From a phage, in sequence record OZ335960.1: a stretch of DNA of 64,000 nucleotides; one strand, written 5' to 3'. The notes below the pieces were generated by a model. That model was not told where the DNA came from. It made no database searches and saw only the letters and a program-made list of their open reading frames with translations. Numbering within the stretch: position 1 is the first letter of the stretch; each line of letters begins with the position of its first letter. Both the position numbers and the translations under genes were made by a program. Below are positions 49,797 through 59,477 of this stretch, piece after piece.

Positions 49797-49973
49797 TCAA
49801 GTATTGTAAAACATTCGATGCAATCGCTTGTATTGTCGAATCATCTTTTTAGTAGGACGAGAATAAGTTCCTACACAAGTGGTCATATTAAGGTCAGTAG
49901 GACTTCCTTTAATAAAAAGTTTCCAGACCTTACCGCCATTTAACTTTTCAGTATAAATTAATTCGGTTTTCAT
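49797..49973 (-). CDS. hypothetical protein, 58 aa
   Basis: Hand translation MKTELIYTEKLNGGKVWKLF...; ATG overlaps pin stop. Confidence 0.35.
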   Translation of the reverse strand: MKTELIYTEKLNGGKVWKLFIKGSPTDLNMTTCVGTYSRPTKKMIRQYKRLHRMFYNT

Positions 49974-50437
49974 TAAAACGCTCGGTCAGAAAAAGAAATT
50001 TGAGTTTCAAGCCATTCAATATATTCTGCCGCAGCTTGCATTAAATTTCCTTCATAACCATCATTATTTTCTTGTGCAGCTAATTTAGCTAATGCATATG
50101 AAATACGTTCACCTTGAAAAGCAGCTTCAGGCTTCCGAATAACTTGATCAATTCGTTCTACAACTTCTTCAATTTCGCCATTTTCTGCGGATTCAGTATT
50201 CCACAAGCACCAATACGTAATTGGCTTATCATAGATGTTAATAATCTTTCCATCAGAAAGTTCAATTTCAATAATTCCAGTATCAGGTTCTATATCATCT
50301 TCGCATTCTTTTGCAAGTTCACGAACTTTAAAGACAGTACCTGCACTAAGTTCCGGCCAGTAATTACACAGCCCTTTATCAGCACGATTAATTCTAAACC
50401 ACTTATCTACTGCAATCATATCCCATCTCCATATCAA
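49973..50437 (-). CDS. hypothetical protein, 154 aa (pin position; possible Lon protease inhibitor Pin)
   Basis: Assigned by position after gene 49 and approximate size only; sequence identity to T4 Pin not verified. Confidence 0.5.
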   Translation of the reverse strand: MIWRWDMIAVDKWFRINRADKGLCNYWPELSAGTVFKVRELAKECEDDIEPDTGIIEIELSDGKIINIYDKPITYWCLWNTESAENGEIEEVVERIDQVIRKPEAAFQGERISYALAKLAAQENNDGYEGNLMQAAAEYIEWLETQISFSDRAF

Positions 50438-50542
50438 TTAAGTCGTTTATCGTTGGTTCATTATATACTGTTTCTTCATCAGTGTAAACCGGTTCTTCCG
50501 GCTCTGGCTCTACAGTTTCCCATCTAGCCGCCCACCAAGATT

Positions 50543-50890
50543 TTATAGCGTAATCCATTCTCGTATTGTCTGAGTTACTACACGTTCACGGGGCTCGACT
50601 AGTTCAACAGTCGGAACTGCATAATACCAGTCAGAATGGTAAGAACCTGAGCGAGTTTCATTTACGGAAACATGTACATTGTGTTTTGGACTAAAATAAA
50701 CACACTGACGATATTGGCATTTGCCGTCTTGTACCCAATCTTCTATTTCGATAGGTTTAAGATAATCCGAAAAATCGAAATCATAATTTTCTGAAAATGC
50801 ATCATGGTCTTCGATGATTTCACTCAGAACTGCATCAACATCGTAAATCATATTTACCCCAGTTTGACCATACAATCGCCATATTTCCAT
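50543..50890 (-). CDS. hypothetical protein, 115 aa
   Basis: Six-frame ORF. Confidence 0.5.
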   Translation of the reverse strand: MEIWRLYGQTGVNMIYDVDAVLSEIIEDHDAFSENYDFDFSDYLKPIEIEDWVQDGKCQYRQCVYFSPKHNVHVSVNETRSGSYHSDWYYAVPTVELVEPRERVVTQTIREWITL

Positions 50891-51069
50891 TTAGAAATAG
50901 ACTTTTCACCATTAGAATAATAAACTTCAAGTTTAGCACGGTTATTTTTAATTTGAATAACCTTGGCTGTCATCAAAGTTCCATACCCATAATAAACTGC
51001 AACCTCATCACCGACATATACCGCGCTTCCGCGGTAGTCATGGATATAATCAGTTCCTTCGAGCATCAT
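50854..51069 (-). CDS. hypothetical protein, 71 aa
   Basis: Six-frame ORF. Confidence 0.45.
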   Translation of the reverse strand: MMLEGTDYIHDYRGSAVYVGDEVAVYYGYGTLMTAKVIQIKNNRAKLEVYYSNGEKSISKWKYGDCMVKLG

Positions 51070-51329
51070 TTAAAATATTCCCGCAATTGGTCAAATCCAC
51101 CAATATGACTTCCATCAGGAGCAAATACTTGTGGCATCGTCAATCCGATTTGAGTATCACGACCTAGTTTCGTCAGAAGCTCAGCGATTTTCTCATCATC
51201 AAAAACACCTTTTTCTGGCATAATGTTGATAAATTCAAACGGCTGTTTCTTTACAGTCAAAAGACGTTTTGCATTATCGCAATACACACATTTATGGATG
51301 CTGCTATCATAACCATATACTTTAAACAT
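51066..51329 (-). CDS. nrdC: glutaredoxin NrdC
   Basis: 87 aa; CVYC active site. Confidence 0.8.
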   Translation of the reverse strand: MFKVYGYDSSIHKCVYCDNAKRLLTVKKQPFEFINIMPEKGVFDDEKIAELLTKLGRDTQIGLTMPQVFAPDGSHIGGFDQLREYFK

Positions 51330-51330
51330 A

Positions 51331-51573
51331 TTATTCCTTAATTCCTAGTACTTGTTTAAAAGTCTCGTCGTAATCAAGACTTTGGCCCGTTTGTTCTTTA
51401 TGTTTGTATATAATATCACTTACTTCTGATAGCATATTTTTATATGAACGAGTTAAAGCAGATTTAAGCACGCTGTATCTATCAGGAAATTTACCATGTT
51501 CATTATAATAAGCTATTGCTAATTCACGGACTGCCTTTTCAGCAGTCTCCATATATTCTTTACGCTTTGTCAT
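51331..51573 (-). CDS. hypothetical protein, 80 aa
   Basis: Six-frame ORF. Confidence 0.5.
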
Positions 51574-51575
51574 TT

Positions 51576-51965
51576 TTAATCCAAAATATTATTAGGCATT
51601 GGTTGAACACTCACAAGTTCTTTAAAGAACTCAGTAGAGTCAGGTAATTTAACCATTTCCGGAGCATGCTTGCTAAATTTGTGTTTACAATGACGGCATT
51701 TATATTCAAGTTCCGGTTTACGCCAGTTAATCAATTGAACCTGTTCAGTACCACATTCAGGACAATTAGGAACGTTTTTAGAAGCCCTTTCGCGACGTTC
51801 AACCATAGCCATAATGGCATCCCAAGCTGGAGGTTTAAAGTCTAAATCATCACAACCATGAATCTTTCCACGCATTTCCAAATCGTCTTCTTCACCAGCC
51901 ATAATAATTTTAATTAGACTGGAATTACTTGAAGCTGCAATATCTTCTAATAGACGCTTTTTCAT
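51576..51965 (-). CDS. zinc-ribbon protein, 129 aa
   Basis: CPECG...CRHCKHKF motif. Confidence 0.5.
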
Positions 51966-52891
51966 TTCAATACCTCAATAGCATTACGTAAACCATTTGC
52001 TTTTGCATTAAGAGCTTTTAACAATTTGGTGTGTTCGGCAATCTGGGCTTCAACTTCAATTAAACGAGCATTGAGATATTCACGTTCTTCGCTCAGGTTA
52101 TCAACCTTTTCTACTTTAGGCTCTTTTACAACTGTCTTATATGTATTAGGGTTCTTCAGTTTAATTAGAATGCGTGAGCTATATAACATTGAACCATTAT
52201 CTTCGGTTTCGTCATACATTTCTACTACGTCCATGATTTTTAACATCATGCGGAGTTTATAAGACAACGAACGAATAGTTTTGTTGTGCTTATTAATTTC
52301 TCTAGAGTTCATGGTGCCGAGATTACGTGAGTAATAATAAGGAACCTGGATATTAATTAACACTGATGAACCACCTGGCTTATGTGTTACTTCATCAGCA
52401 ATAACCCAGTCCTTAACATGAACTGTATTTGTACGGTCATCACCAGCGGTAAATAGTTTGCGAGCATGCTTAAAAAGCATATTCACTTGGGTATTGAATT
52501 GACAAGCAAATTTATCAGCAAATTTAGTTTCAGGAATGGTAGATAACCAATCAGCCAAATGGGTCTTTTTAACATCGTTAACAATAGTAAATTCAACCAA
52601 ATCGGTTATAGATGTCGTAGATTTAATGAAGCTCGGCTTCATAAAGTTTTTAATGTTATCGCGAGCTACAGTAGAAGATAACATACGAGAACGTTTAAAC
52701 CATTCAAGCAAATTGCCTAATGAATGAGAATAGGCGTTCTGAGTATCTTTACAGATATGATTTTCCTGGCCAATATATTGAAGGAAATCACGAAGAATAT
52801 TATTGATTACTGCTCTGTGTCCGATCTGATAATTACGGTGTTTAGCAATAAGACTGTCAAAATAATCAATATAATGTTTACGAGTTTTCAT
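51962..52891 (-). CDS. coiled-coil protein, 309 aa (tandem paralog family member 1)
   Basis: Starts MKTR; internal FKHARKLFTAGDD motif; heptad-rich C-terminal ~40 aa. Confidence 0.55.
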   Translation of the reverse strand: MKTRKHYIDYFDSLIAKHRNYQIGHRAVINNILRDFLQYIGQENHICKDTQNAYSHSLGNLLEWFKRSRMLSSTVARDNIKNFMKPSFIKSTTSITDLVEFTIVNDVKKTHLADWLSTIPETKFADKFACQFNTQVNMLFKHARKLFTAGDDRTNTVHVKDWVIADEVTHKPGGSSVLINIQVPYYYSRNLGTMNSREINKHNKTIRSLSYKLRMMLKIMDVVEMYDETEDNGSMLYSSRILIKLKNPNTYKTVVKEPKVEKVDNLSEEREYLNARLIEVEAQIAEHTKLLKALNAKANGLRNAIEVLK

Positions 52892-52943
52892 GTTCTTCTC
52901 ACTTGGTTAATGATTTATACTCCGAGCCATCCTTGGCTTTAAA

Positions 52944-53945
52944 TTACTTAATTAACTGTAAAGCTTGTTCAAGACGATCCAGGCGATTAACAGATTCTTC
53001 CCAAATCCTTTTAGCCTGCTCATATTCTTTCTGGGCTTTATTAGAAATTTCTAGAGCTTCTTTATAAGCTTTTTCTAGTGCAATAACTTCTGGACGAATT
53101 TCTACCGGTTCAGGCGAATCGTCAAGATTATCCATTAGTTCCTCAAGGGTAGTTTCTTCTTTAGGAGTATTCACAATTTCATCACATTTTTGTTGGTAAA
53201 TTTCTTTATCAGTCGGTGAGTACGCACACTTTACTTCACGAAGACTAACTACAATTTTATATCCTTCCCAACCGCACATATTCTTAAAAGGATAAGTATG
53301 AATATTTTCTACTGTTTCCATACAAAGTAATGCAGTCTCTAACTGACGAGTTATATCGCTAGCAATTGAGAAAAATTTATTAATGTTCTTTTGATTAGCT
53401 TCTGGTGTAAAAAATTCATAATTCACAAAAATAGCTGCTTTATTTTTATCAAGTTCATATTCTTTTATGATAATCATATCAGAAGCCCAAGGATGAATTT
53501 GACGATAATCGCCATAGCATAATTTAGAAGCGGATTTTATAATTTGCTTCTTGAAAAGTCTAAAATTACTAATCCAACGACGAGTAAAAATATTCTCAGG
53601 GTCTTCTTTAATATTAAGATGATAAGAATTAACATCACCGAACCAATTATATCCTACTACATCTTTAGTTCGTTTAATTTCTTTCCCAAATTTACTAAGA
53701 ATATCTTGATTAACTAAATATGAAAGAAGACGAGACCCTTTAAAGGTTTCCTTAATATCATCTTTATCTTCGCGACTAGAAATTTTATGAACTTCATGAA
53801 TAAATTTACTGGAAGAAACAATGCTTACATCAATATTATTGAGCCATTGATTGATAATGGAAATAACGCTATTCTGACTAGACATAGATTTAACTTTATC
53901 ATCAATAACGCTATTGAATGATTTGATATATTCGTTACGAGTCAT
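52944..53945 (-). CDS. coiled-coil protein, 333 aa (paralog family member 2)
   Basis: ATG at 53945 (MTRNEY) with SD GAGGAG; internal FKKQIIKSASKLCYGD; C-terminal coiled coil. Confidence 0.55.
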   Translation of the reverse strand: MTRNEYIKSFNSVIDDKVKSMSSQNSVISIINQWLNNIDVSIVSSSKFIHEVHKISSREDKDDIKETFKGSRLLSYLVNQDILSKFGKEIKRTKDVVGYNWFGDVNSYHLNIKEDPENIFTRRWISNFRLFKKQIIKSASKLCYGDYRQIHPWASDMIIIKEYELDKNKAAIFVNYEFFTPEANQKNINKFFSIASDITRQLETALLCMETVENIHTYPFKNMCGWEGYKIVVSLREVKCAYSPTDKEIYQQKCDEIVNTPKEETTLEELMDNLDDSPEPVEIRPEVIALEKAYKEALEISNKAQKEYEQAKRIWEESVNRLDRLEQALQLIK

Positions 53946-53972
53946 ATTAATCTCCTCAGTAGAAAGTAAGAA

Positions 53973-54005
53973 CATTATACCACATCCTTGTGGCAAAGTA
54001 AACTA
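53973..54005 (-). promoter_or_regulatory. early promoter (-35 GTTTAC, -10 TATAAT)
   Basis: Minus strand GTTTACtttgccacaaggatgtggTATAAT. Confidence 0.6.
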
Positions 54006-55019
54006 GTTCAGTGCATTTAGTGCGTTGTTCAGTTTAGAACGTTGCTTCGTAAGATTTTTGACTTTTTCTTGAGCTTTTTCTAGCATCTTTTCAGCTTCTA
54101 ACACTTCATTAGTTGCTTTAACGAGTTCATCATCTACTGCCTTGATAGACTTCTCAATCGCATCCGCGTGCCATTTTTCAACAGGTTTAAGACTCGGATT
54201 TTCAACAGGAAGAAAATTCACTTTATTGAATTTCCATGCATCCTTATTACCTGAACTATACATCCAAAATTTAGGATCGTTTGATAAGTAATTAGATAAA
54301 TTTAAGTTATAGTTATCTTGTACTTCCTGCTTTTTCTCTTGCGGGATTTCGTCCTTTCTCAAAAAATCATATTTAAATGAAACGATCATATCAAGTTCAT
54401 ATGTTGTTGTGTCTAATAAACGGGGTAAAATCTTAGACTGAACAGCGGCAACAACATCCATATACTTAAATGCTTCTGTCAACTGCGATTTAAGGCATTC
54501 GCAAATTGAAAGAGAATTTTTTGTATTAGGTTTAAAGCTAATTCGTGCAGTTCTGTTATTTTCTTTTAATGGTCTTACTTCCATCTGAAGAGTATAACCA
54601 TCAAATTTCAGGTTCTTTAAATTAATGTCAGAACCTTTTAATCGACTAGCCGTCGACAAAATTTGCTTTAATTGTTTACGGAATAGAGCAATAAATCTCC
54701 ATTCAATACGATAATGATTTGGATTGAAAAATCCAGATGATAAATCAACCTTACTCTGACCAACACCTTGAACAAATAGAGGATTTTTATAATCAATAGT
54801 TTTACAGAAATCGGTGAGCTGCTCACGAGCCGTCATTTGTGTAATATACCCCGCTTTACTAAAATTACGCACCCATTCACTGCTATTCGTATACTTAAAG
54901 TGATGAATAACACGATTAACTTTATCAGGGTCTAAATTATTTTGGCACAAAAATGTCATAACATCACGAGTATAGCTGGCATTACGAACCATATCTTCAA
55001 TTTGAGAACGAGTTTTCAT
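54003..55019 (-). CDS. coiled-coil protein, 338 aa (paralog family member 3)
   Basis: Starts MKTR; internal FRKQLKQILSTASRLKGSD; C-terminal coiled coil. Confidence 0.55.
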   Translation of the reverse strand: MKTRSQIEDMVRNASYTRDVMTFLCQNNLDPDKVNRVIHHFKYTNSSEWVRNFSKAGYITQMTAREQLTDFCKTIDYKNPLFVQGVGQSKVDLSSGFFNPNHYRIEWRFIALFRKQLKQILSTASRLKGSDINLKNLKFDGYTLQMEVRPLKENNRTARISFKPNTKNSLSICECLKSQLTEAFKYMDVVAAVQSKILPRLLDTTTYELDMIVSFKYDFLRKDEIPQEKKQEVQDNYNLNLSNYLSNDPKFWMYSSGNKDAWKFNKVNFLPVENPSLKPVEKWHADAIEKSIKAVDDELVKATNEVLEAEKMLEKAQEKVKNLTKQRSKLNNALNALN

Positions 55020-55027
55020 GGTGTTCC

Positions 55028-55939
55028 TTAAGATTTAAGTAAATCGACAATTTTAATTAACTTTTCACGCTCAGATTTAGCTTTACTACTCAGTCCAGAT
55101 AGTCTGAAAATTTCATCATCATATTGTTGAATAGAAATATTCAGCTCTTCAATCTGTTTATTAAAATAATCAATTTGTTCAGAATGTTTTTCGTTACTAC
55201 GAACTGGTACAGGTGTCGTAGGCAATTTAGTTGAACTGGATTCATCCGGGCGATAAATTAAAATACAACTTGAACCAATAGGGCATTTTGCACCAGATGA
55301 ATATTCTAATGTTCCAGCTTCTTTTAAAACTTCAAAAGCTAAACAGAGATGATGCCCCATATTAACATAATCTGTAGAGCGAGCTCTGATATAATAATCA
55401 TCGCCACGAATACTAAATTTGAAGCATTTAAGGTCTTCTGTATTATTGGTCTTAAAAATCATTTGTTTATCTAGACCTTTAGCTAATCGAGCGCCTAATG
55501 CTAATAATCGTCTTTGATTTTCCCACAAATCCGCAATCATTTGATCGAATGATAATTTTGGCATCAGTCGACCATAAAGGTCATATCCTTTATTATAATT
55601 ACGAAGGATTTCACTTGCATTAATACGAGACAATGCTCCAATTTTATTAAGGGCTTTCATAATGCGATTAGATAAACTCATTCCAGACCCATTTGTTCGC
55701 TGCAAATGTTTTTCTAATCCAAATCCAATATCAACTTTAAACTTATCTAAAATTTCTGCATGAACATCTCTGTCAATAACATTCAAATCCAAAGTTGGGT
55801 TAAATCTATGAAAAAATTTATCTGGCTCTCCACGGCGAAATACAGTCCATTCATTCATCATTTTTTTATTAACTAAAGATTTAATTACTGCATTGACATT
55901 ATTAATTACTACTGACATATTTTCCTCACTCAATTTCAA
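55028..55939 (-). CDS. coiled-coil protein, 303 aa (paralog family member 4)
   Basis: Internal NQRRLLALGARLAKGLD; C-terminal coiled coil. Confidence 0.55.
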   Translation of the reverse strand: MKLSEENMSVVINNVNAVIKSLVNKKMMNEWTVFRRGEPDKFFHRFNPTLDLNVIDRDVHAEILDKFKVDIGFGLEKHLQRTNGSGMSLSNRIMKALNKIGALSRINASEILRNYNKGYDLYGRLMPKLSFDQMIADLWENQRRLLALGARLAKGLDKQMIFKTNNTEDLKCFKFSIRGDDYYIRARSTDYVNMGHHLCLAFEVLKEAGTLEYSSGAKCPIGSSCILIYRPDESSSTKLPTTPVPVRSNEKHSEQIDYFNKQIEELNISIQQYDDEIFRLSGLSSKAKSEREKLIKIVDLLKS

Positions 55940-56333
55940 TTTTACTAAATATACAGAATAAGATGGAACAGACTATATAAGCACCACACACAGATTGAAC
56001 TAATACCATTCCAAAGAACCAAACAATATTATCAAACCATGTCTGTTTTACGTCGAAAGGACGTAAACTTACAGTAATATTATCACCTTTTTCTATTGAA
56101 GAATACATCTCTGGGGAAATATATTCACTAAATCTATAACCGTCTTTAAGTTCATATATGGCAATAAACGATAAACTAGACCCTTTTCCTTGTGTTCCTG
56201 TAATGGTATTAACTACAGTAACATCATAATCTTTATAATGCATATAATCATTAATTGCGTAATAACCATATGCAACTACTACACATAAACAACATATCAA
56301 TAAATTCAATCTTTTAATTATCAACTGTTTCAT
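55926..56333 (-). CDS. membrane protein, 135 aa
   Basis: N- and C-terminal hydrophobic helices. Confidence 0.5.
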   Translation of the reverse strand: MKQLIIKRLNLLICCLCVVVAYGYYAINDYMHYKDYDVTVVNTITGTQGKGSSLSFIAIYELKDGYRFSEYISPEMYSSIEKGDNITVSLRPFDVKQTWFDNIVWFFGMVLVQSVCGAYIVCSILFCIFSKIEIE

Positions 56334-56388
56334 AATAATCTCAATTAAAAGGGCTTAGAACCATTATACCATCCTTGGTATAAAGCGG

Positions 56389-56916
56389 TTATGCGAGTAC
56401 CGTCTTTAACCGTTCTTCAAACTTCCGAAGAGTATTTTGGCGTTCAGCTCTTTGCTTTTTGTAAGTTTCAATACGCTCTGAAATGAGAGTGTATCGTTCA
56501 TTTACTGATTCTTTCATAAAATCAGGAATTTCACGAGAAGCTTTAATCTCGTCAAATTTATCAATAACAGCTTGCTCTTCAGCAATTAAGTTATCATACA
56601 TTAAAATATCTTTCTTGATGAACTCAATATCTTCTTGAGTTACACGAGATAATTTAGATGCTTTATCCTTTTTGTACTGTTCATTAGTATCACGAGACCA
56701 GTGTAATGTACGATTTTTATTCGTATTCTTGTAAATTTCTACAATACCAATCTCATCAATAATAACGATCCAATTCCAACGGGATTTGTAAATTTGTCCT
56801 CCATCAACAGTGATTTCACCTCCGATTGAGATGTCATTAAAGAACTTGCTTTGTGCCTCAGATTTAAATTTACCATCGTTGTAATTTACCAAGTTGAAAA
56901 TATCTTTAGCGTTCAT
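56389..56916 (-). CDS. hypothetical protein with C-terminal coiled coil, 175 aa
   Basis: Six-frame ORF with SD GGAGGAAC downstream of early promoter. Confidence 0.5.
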   Translation of the reverse strand: MNAKDIFNLVNYNDGKFKSEAQSKFFNDISIGGEITVDGGQIYKSRWNWIVIIDEIGIVEIYKNTNKNRTLHWSRDTNEQYKKDKASKLSRVTQEDIEFIKKDILMYDNLIAEEQAVIDKFDEIKASREIPDFMKESVNERYTLISERIETYKKQRAERQNTLRKFEERLKTVLA

Positions 56917-56939
56917 TTTGTGTTCCTCCGTAGTTGATA

Positions 56940-56976
56940 GTTGTATAGTACCACAGAGGAACAGTCTTGTAAACCA
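56940..56976 (-). promoter_or_regulatory. T4-type early promoter
   Basis: Conserved repeat; -35 rc 56968-56974, -10 rc 56943-56950. Confidence 0.55.
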
Positions 56977-57291
56977 CTAAAAGAAACTTCTTTCACATTT
57001 TTTTCCACTGAACCAGGCGCTCACTGCTTTCTTAGTCTCAGGAGCAGTATTATCCATAAACCATTCAAAGGCAGCCTTTTTGTGATTCTGGAGGGCTTCT
57101 CGGGCTTTAATCTGCTCACGGTCTATTAACACTAACATATGAGCCTTTCTTGTCACCATGGGCTTCTTATGATTTTTTGAATACTCCCAGTCATTTGTCC
57201 ATCGCATTGTTGTTGCGAACTGAAATACTGCTTCTTTAATTTTAGTTTCGTAAATTTCACGAGCCTTTGAGTATAACATCATTACCTCCAT
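56977..57291 (-). CDS. hypothetical protein, 104 aa
   Basis: Six-frame ORF. Confidence 0.45.
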   Translation of the reverse strand: MEVMMLYSKAREIYETKIKEAVFQFATTMRWTNDWEYSKNHKKPMVTRKAHMLVLIDREQIKAREALQNHKKAAFEWFMDNTAPETKKAVSAWFSGKKCERSFF

Positions 57292-57380
57292 TCACCAGTT
57301 TAATTCTAGTCATCTTTTTAATGGCAGTCCATATAATCTATTTCTGAACTGCCTTTTTGTCATAGAAGTCCTCTTATGAA

Positions 57381-58361
57381 TTATTTCAGAAGAGTAACCT
57401 CAGCGATTTCTTCCCAACCGTTTTTGTCGGTCATAATAAAGTCAGCAAGATAAAGAGCAGTACGCAGTGAAACATTGCGTAAACGATTAACATTAACTTT
57501 CATCCATGATAATGCTTTATAAGTTTCTTCATCAGAAAGACCGCGCTTTTGCATCATGTCAGTTGAAAGAATAACATCTTCAACCCTGACCATAATTTCT
57601 TCATTAGTGTGAACACCCAAATCCAAATAAACCGAGCGGGACACTAATGCTTGTAAATGTGGAGCAAGTTTAGTACCACGGTCTAATTCGCGGTCAATGT
57701 CAACGTTTGTGATAAAAACAATCGTTCCTTTAAATTCAAACTCACGCTCAATGCCTTTTTCTTCTAAGTAAGAAGATGCAGTGCTCCAGCAGACTTTACG
57801 GGTCTCTCCGGTGTCCAGAGCGGCTTTTAGAAGATTAAGAATGTCCATATCAGAGAAAACATCCACATCATCAATCAAAAGGACAGAATTCTCTTCACGA
57901 TTATTCCAAAGCTGCTCATAAAGACCAATACCAGAGATTTTACCATTAATGCTTTTATATTCAATGTATCCAATATCATTTGCTTTATTCAAAGCTTTAT
58001 CTAAAGAATACGTTTTACCAATACCTGCTGCGCCAGAGATAATCAATGAACGAATATTTCCATTAATAATACCATTCGTCATCATTCCCATAACATTAAA
58101 TCTTTTATTAATGCGGGTTTTCATATCTTCATACGATTCTTTAACTTCTTCAACTTTTACACCATCATATGAAATATCTGATTTGTAAACCCAAACACCG
58201 CGACGTTTACCGTCAATTTCAACAAAAACTTTACCATCTCCTTGTGCATCTACCGGAGCATTATCTGGGAACCATTCGCCTAAGAGCTCAAAAGTTCCAG
58301 AGATTTCTTTGCCGAAGTAGATACCCTTATTGATAGTTACAGTTTTCATTTTATTCTCCAA
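57381..58361 (-). CDS. AAA+/P-loop ATPase with N-terminal ~90-aa extra domain, 326 aa
   Basis: Walker A GAAGIGKT, Walker B VLLIDDVD, sensor-1-like FITN; own early promoter and SD. Confidence 0.65.
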   Translation of the reverse strand: MENKMKTVTINKGIYFGKEISGTFELLGEWFPDNAPVDAQGDGKVFVEIDGKRRGVWVYKSDISYDGVKVEEVKESYEDMKTRINKRFNVMGMMTNGIINGNIRSLIISGAAGIGKTYSLDKALNKANDIGYIEYKSINGKISGIGLYEQLWNNREENSVLLIDDVDVFSDMDILNLLKAALDTGETRKVCWSTASSYLEEKGIEREFEFKGTIVFITNVDIDRELDRGTKLAPHLQALVSRSVYLDLGVHTNEEIMVRVEDVILSTDMMQKRGLSDEETYKALSWMKVNVNRLRNVSLRTALYLADFIMTDKNGWEEIAEVTLLK

Positions 58362-58379
58362 ATCCGTATCAGTTGATAG

Positions 58380-58416
58380 TTGTATAGTACCATAAAGCTT
58401 TATGCTTGTAAACAGT
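58380..58416 (-). promoter_or_regulatory. T4-type early promoter driving the ATPase gene
   Basis: Conserved repeat; -35 rc 58408-58414, -10 rc 58382-58389. Confidence 0.55.
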
Positions 58417-58435
58417 TTTGTGAAAAATTTTTAAA

Positions 58436-58461
58436 ATAAAAAAGGGAGCCCGAAGGCTCCC
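58436..58461 (-). terminator. UUCG-loop intrinsic terminator after NTase operon
   Basis: GGGAGCCUUCGGGCUCCC followed by UUUUUUAUUUU on minus strand. Confidence 0.65.
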
Positions 58462-58463
58462 TA

Positions 58464-59477
58464 TCATTTATAATAACTTCGGTGGTTTTCAAGATAAACC
58501 CTCTCAAGGAAGTCATCCCAGAAACCCATGTCTACTTTTTGCTGCATACCGTTCTTAGAAGCTTCAATGGATGCTGCTTCTACCTGATCGACCACATCTT
58601 CCAAAAACTCTTGAACAGTTTTAAATGGATGTTTACCCAACTTCACGTCGAGAATAAATGGAGCGTCTTGAAGTGGATAAACTAAGTCACCTGTTTTGTA
58701 AATTTCCAATAGTTGGAGTCCACCACGACAAGCATGACTTAGAGCTTTCCAATCAATGCCCTCATTCGCTTCAGCCTTACGAGCGCGTTCGCCGTATTCA
58801 GCATCAAGTTTATTCAAAGATTGCTTAAGCTCGATAAGAGAAAGCGTTGTTTGATATTTACGACCCAACACAGTGTAGAACGTTTGTGGGCCTGTTTTCT
58901 CATGATTATGGAATACCCATTCACAGAATTCGTTCTCTGGAAGACGATGCTTAATATCTTCAACTTTAGTGCGACGCTGCTTAATGGAACCGTCTTCTTG
59001 ATAATCAACCCATTGCTCAGGGATTTGATTAACTACTTTCAATACATCACGTAATGCGGCCAAACGAGAACCCTTGACGCCGTATTTAGAAGCTTGCTTG
59101 CGAACATATCCTAAATAGGATTTCATGTTAGTCGTATAAAAACGAGAACGATTGTCTTGAATAAATTTCCATACATCAGGCAAATCAGATTTAACCACTA
59201 ACTCAGGTGGAGTGTGGAGCATATCCAATGCTACAGTTTCACCATCTGCTGCTAATTTAAAGAAATACTTAAGACTGTATAGTTCATGGTCAATATCATC
59301 TTTAGTGTTTTTAGATGATGTGTTGTTAGTGTTTTTACTCATATGCTCTTTAACATTTCCGATAAGAATGTCGCGAGCAGGAGGAACAAAGATTTCTTTA
59401 AAATCTACATCAGATTCTGGAGTAGAAGTTCCATAAAGATGACTACCAAAATAGCTTTTCATTACTGTTTTCATCAT
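58464..59477 (-). CDS. Pol-beta-superfamily nucleotidyltransferase-like protein, 337 aa
   Basis: N-terminus YFGSHLYGTSTPESDVDF fits GS-x-G-x-SDxD NTase signature; helical C-terminal region. Confidence 0.6.
   Translation of the reverse strand: MMKTVMKSYFGSHLYGTSTPESDVDFKEIFVPPARDILIGNVKEHMSKNTNNTSSKNTKDDIDHELYSLKYFFKLAADGETVALDMLHTPPELVVKSDLPDVWKFIQDNRSRFYTTNMKSYLGYVRKQASKYGVKGSRLAALRDVLKVVNQIPEQWVDYQEDGSIKQRRTKVEDIKHRLPENEFCEWVFHNHEKTGPQTFYTVLGRKYQTTLSLIELKQSLNKLDAEYGERARKAEANEGIDWKALSHACRGGLQLLEIYKTGDLVYPLQDAPFILDVKLGKHPFKTVQEFLEDVVDQVEAASIEASKNGMQQKVDMGFWDDFLERVYLENHRSYYK

Noticed and set aside
1156-50527. Plus-strand track ORFs inside minus-strand genes (e.g. 1156..1353, 2328..2678, 13584..14012, 36163..36579, 50114..50527)
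   Set aside because: They lie antisense within well-supported genes, lack SD sequences and are low-complexity AT-rich translations; treated as frame shadows
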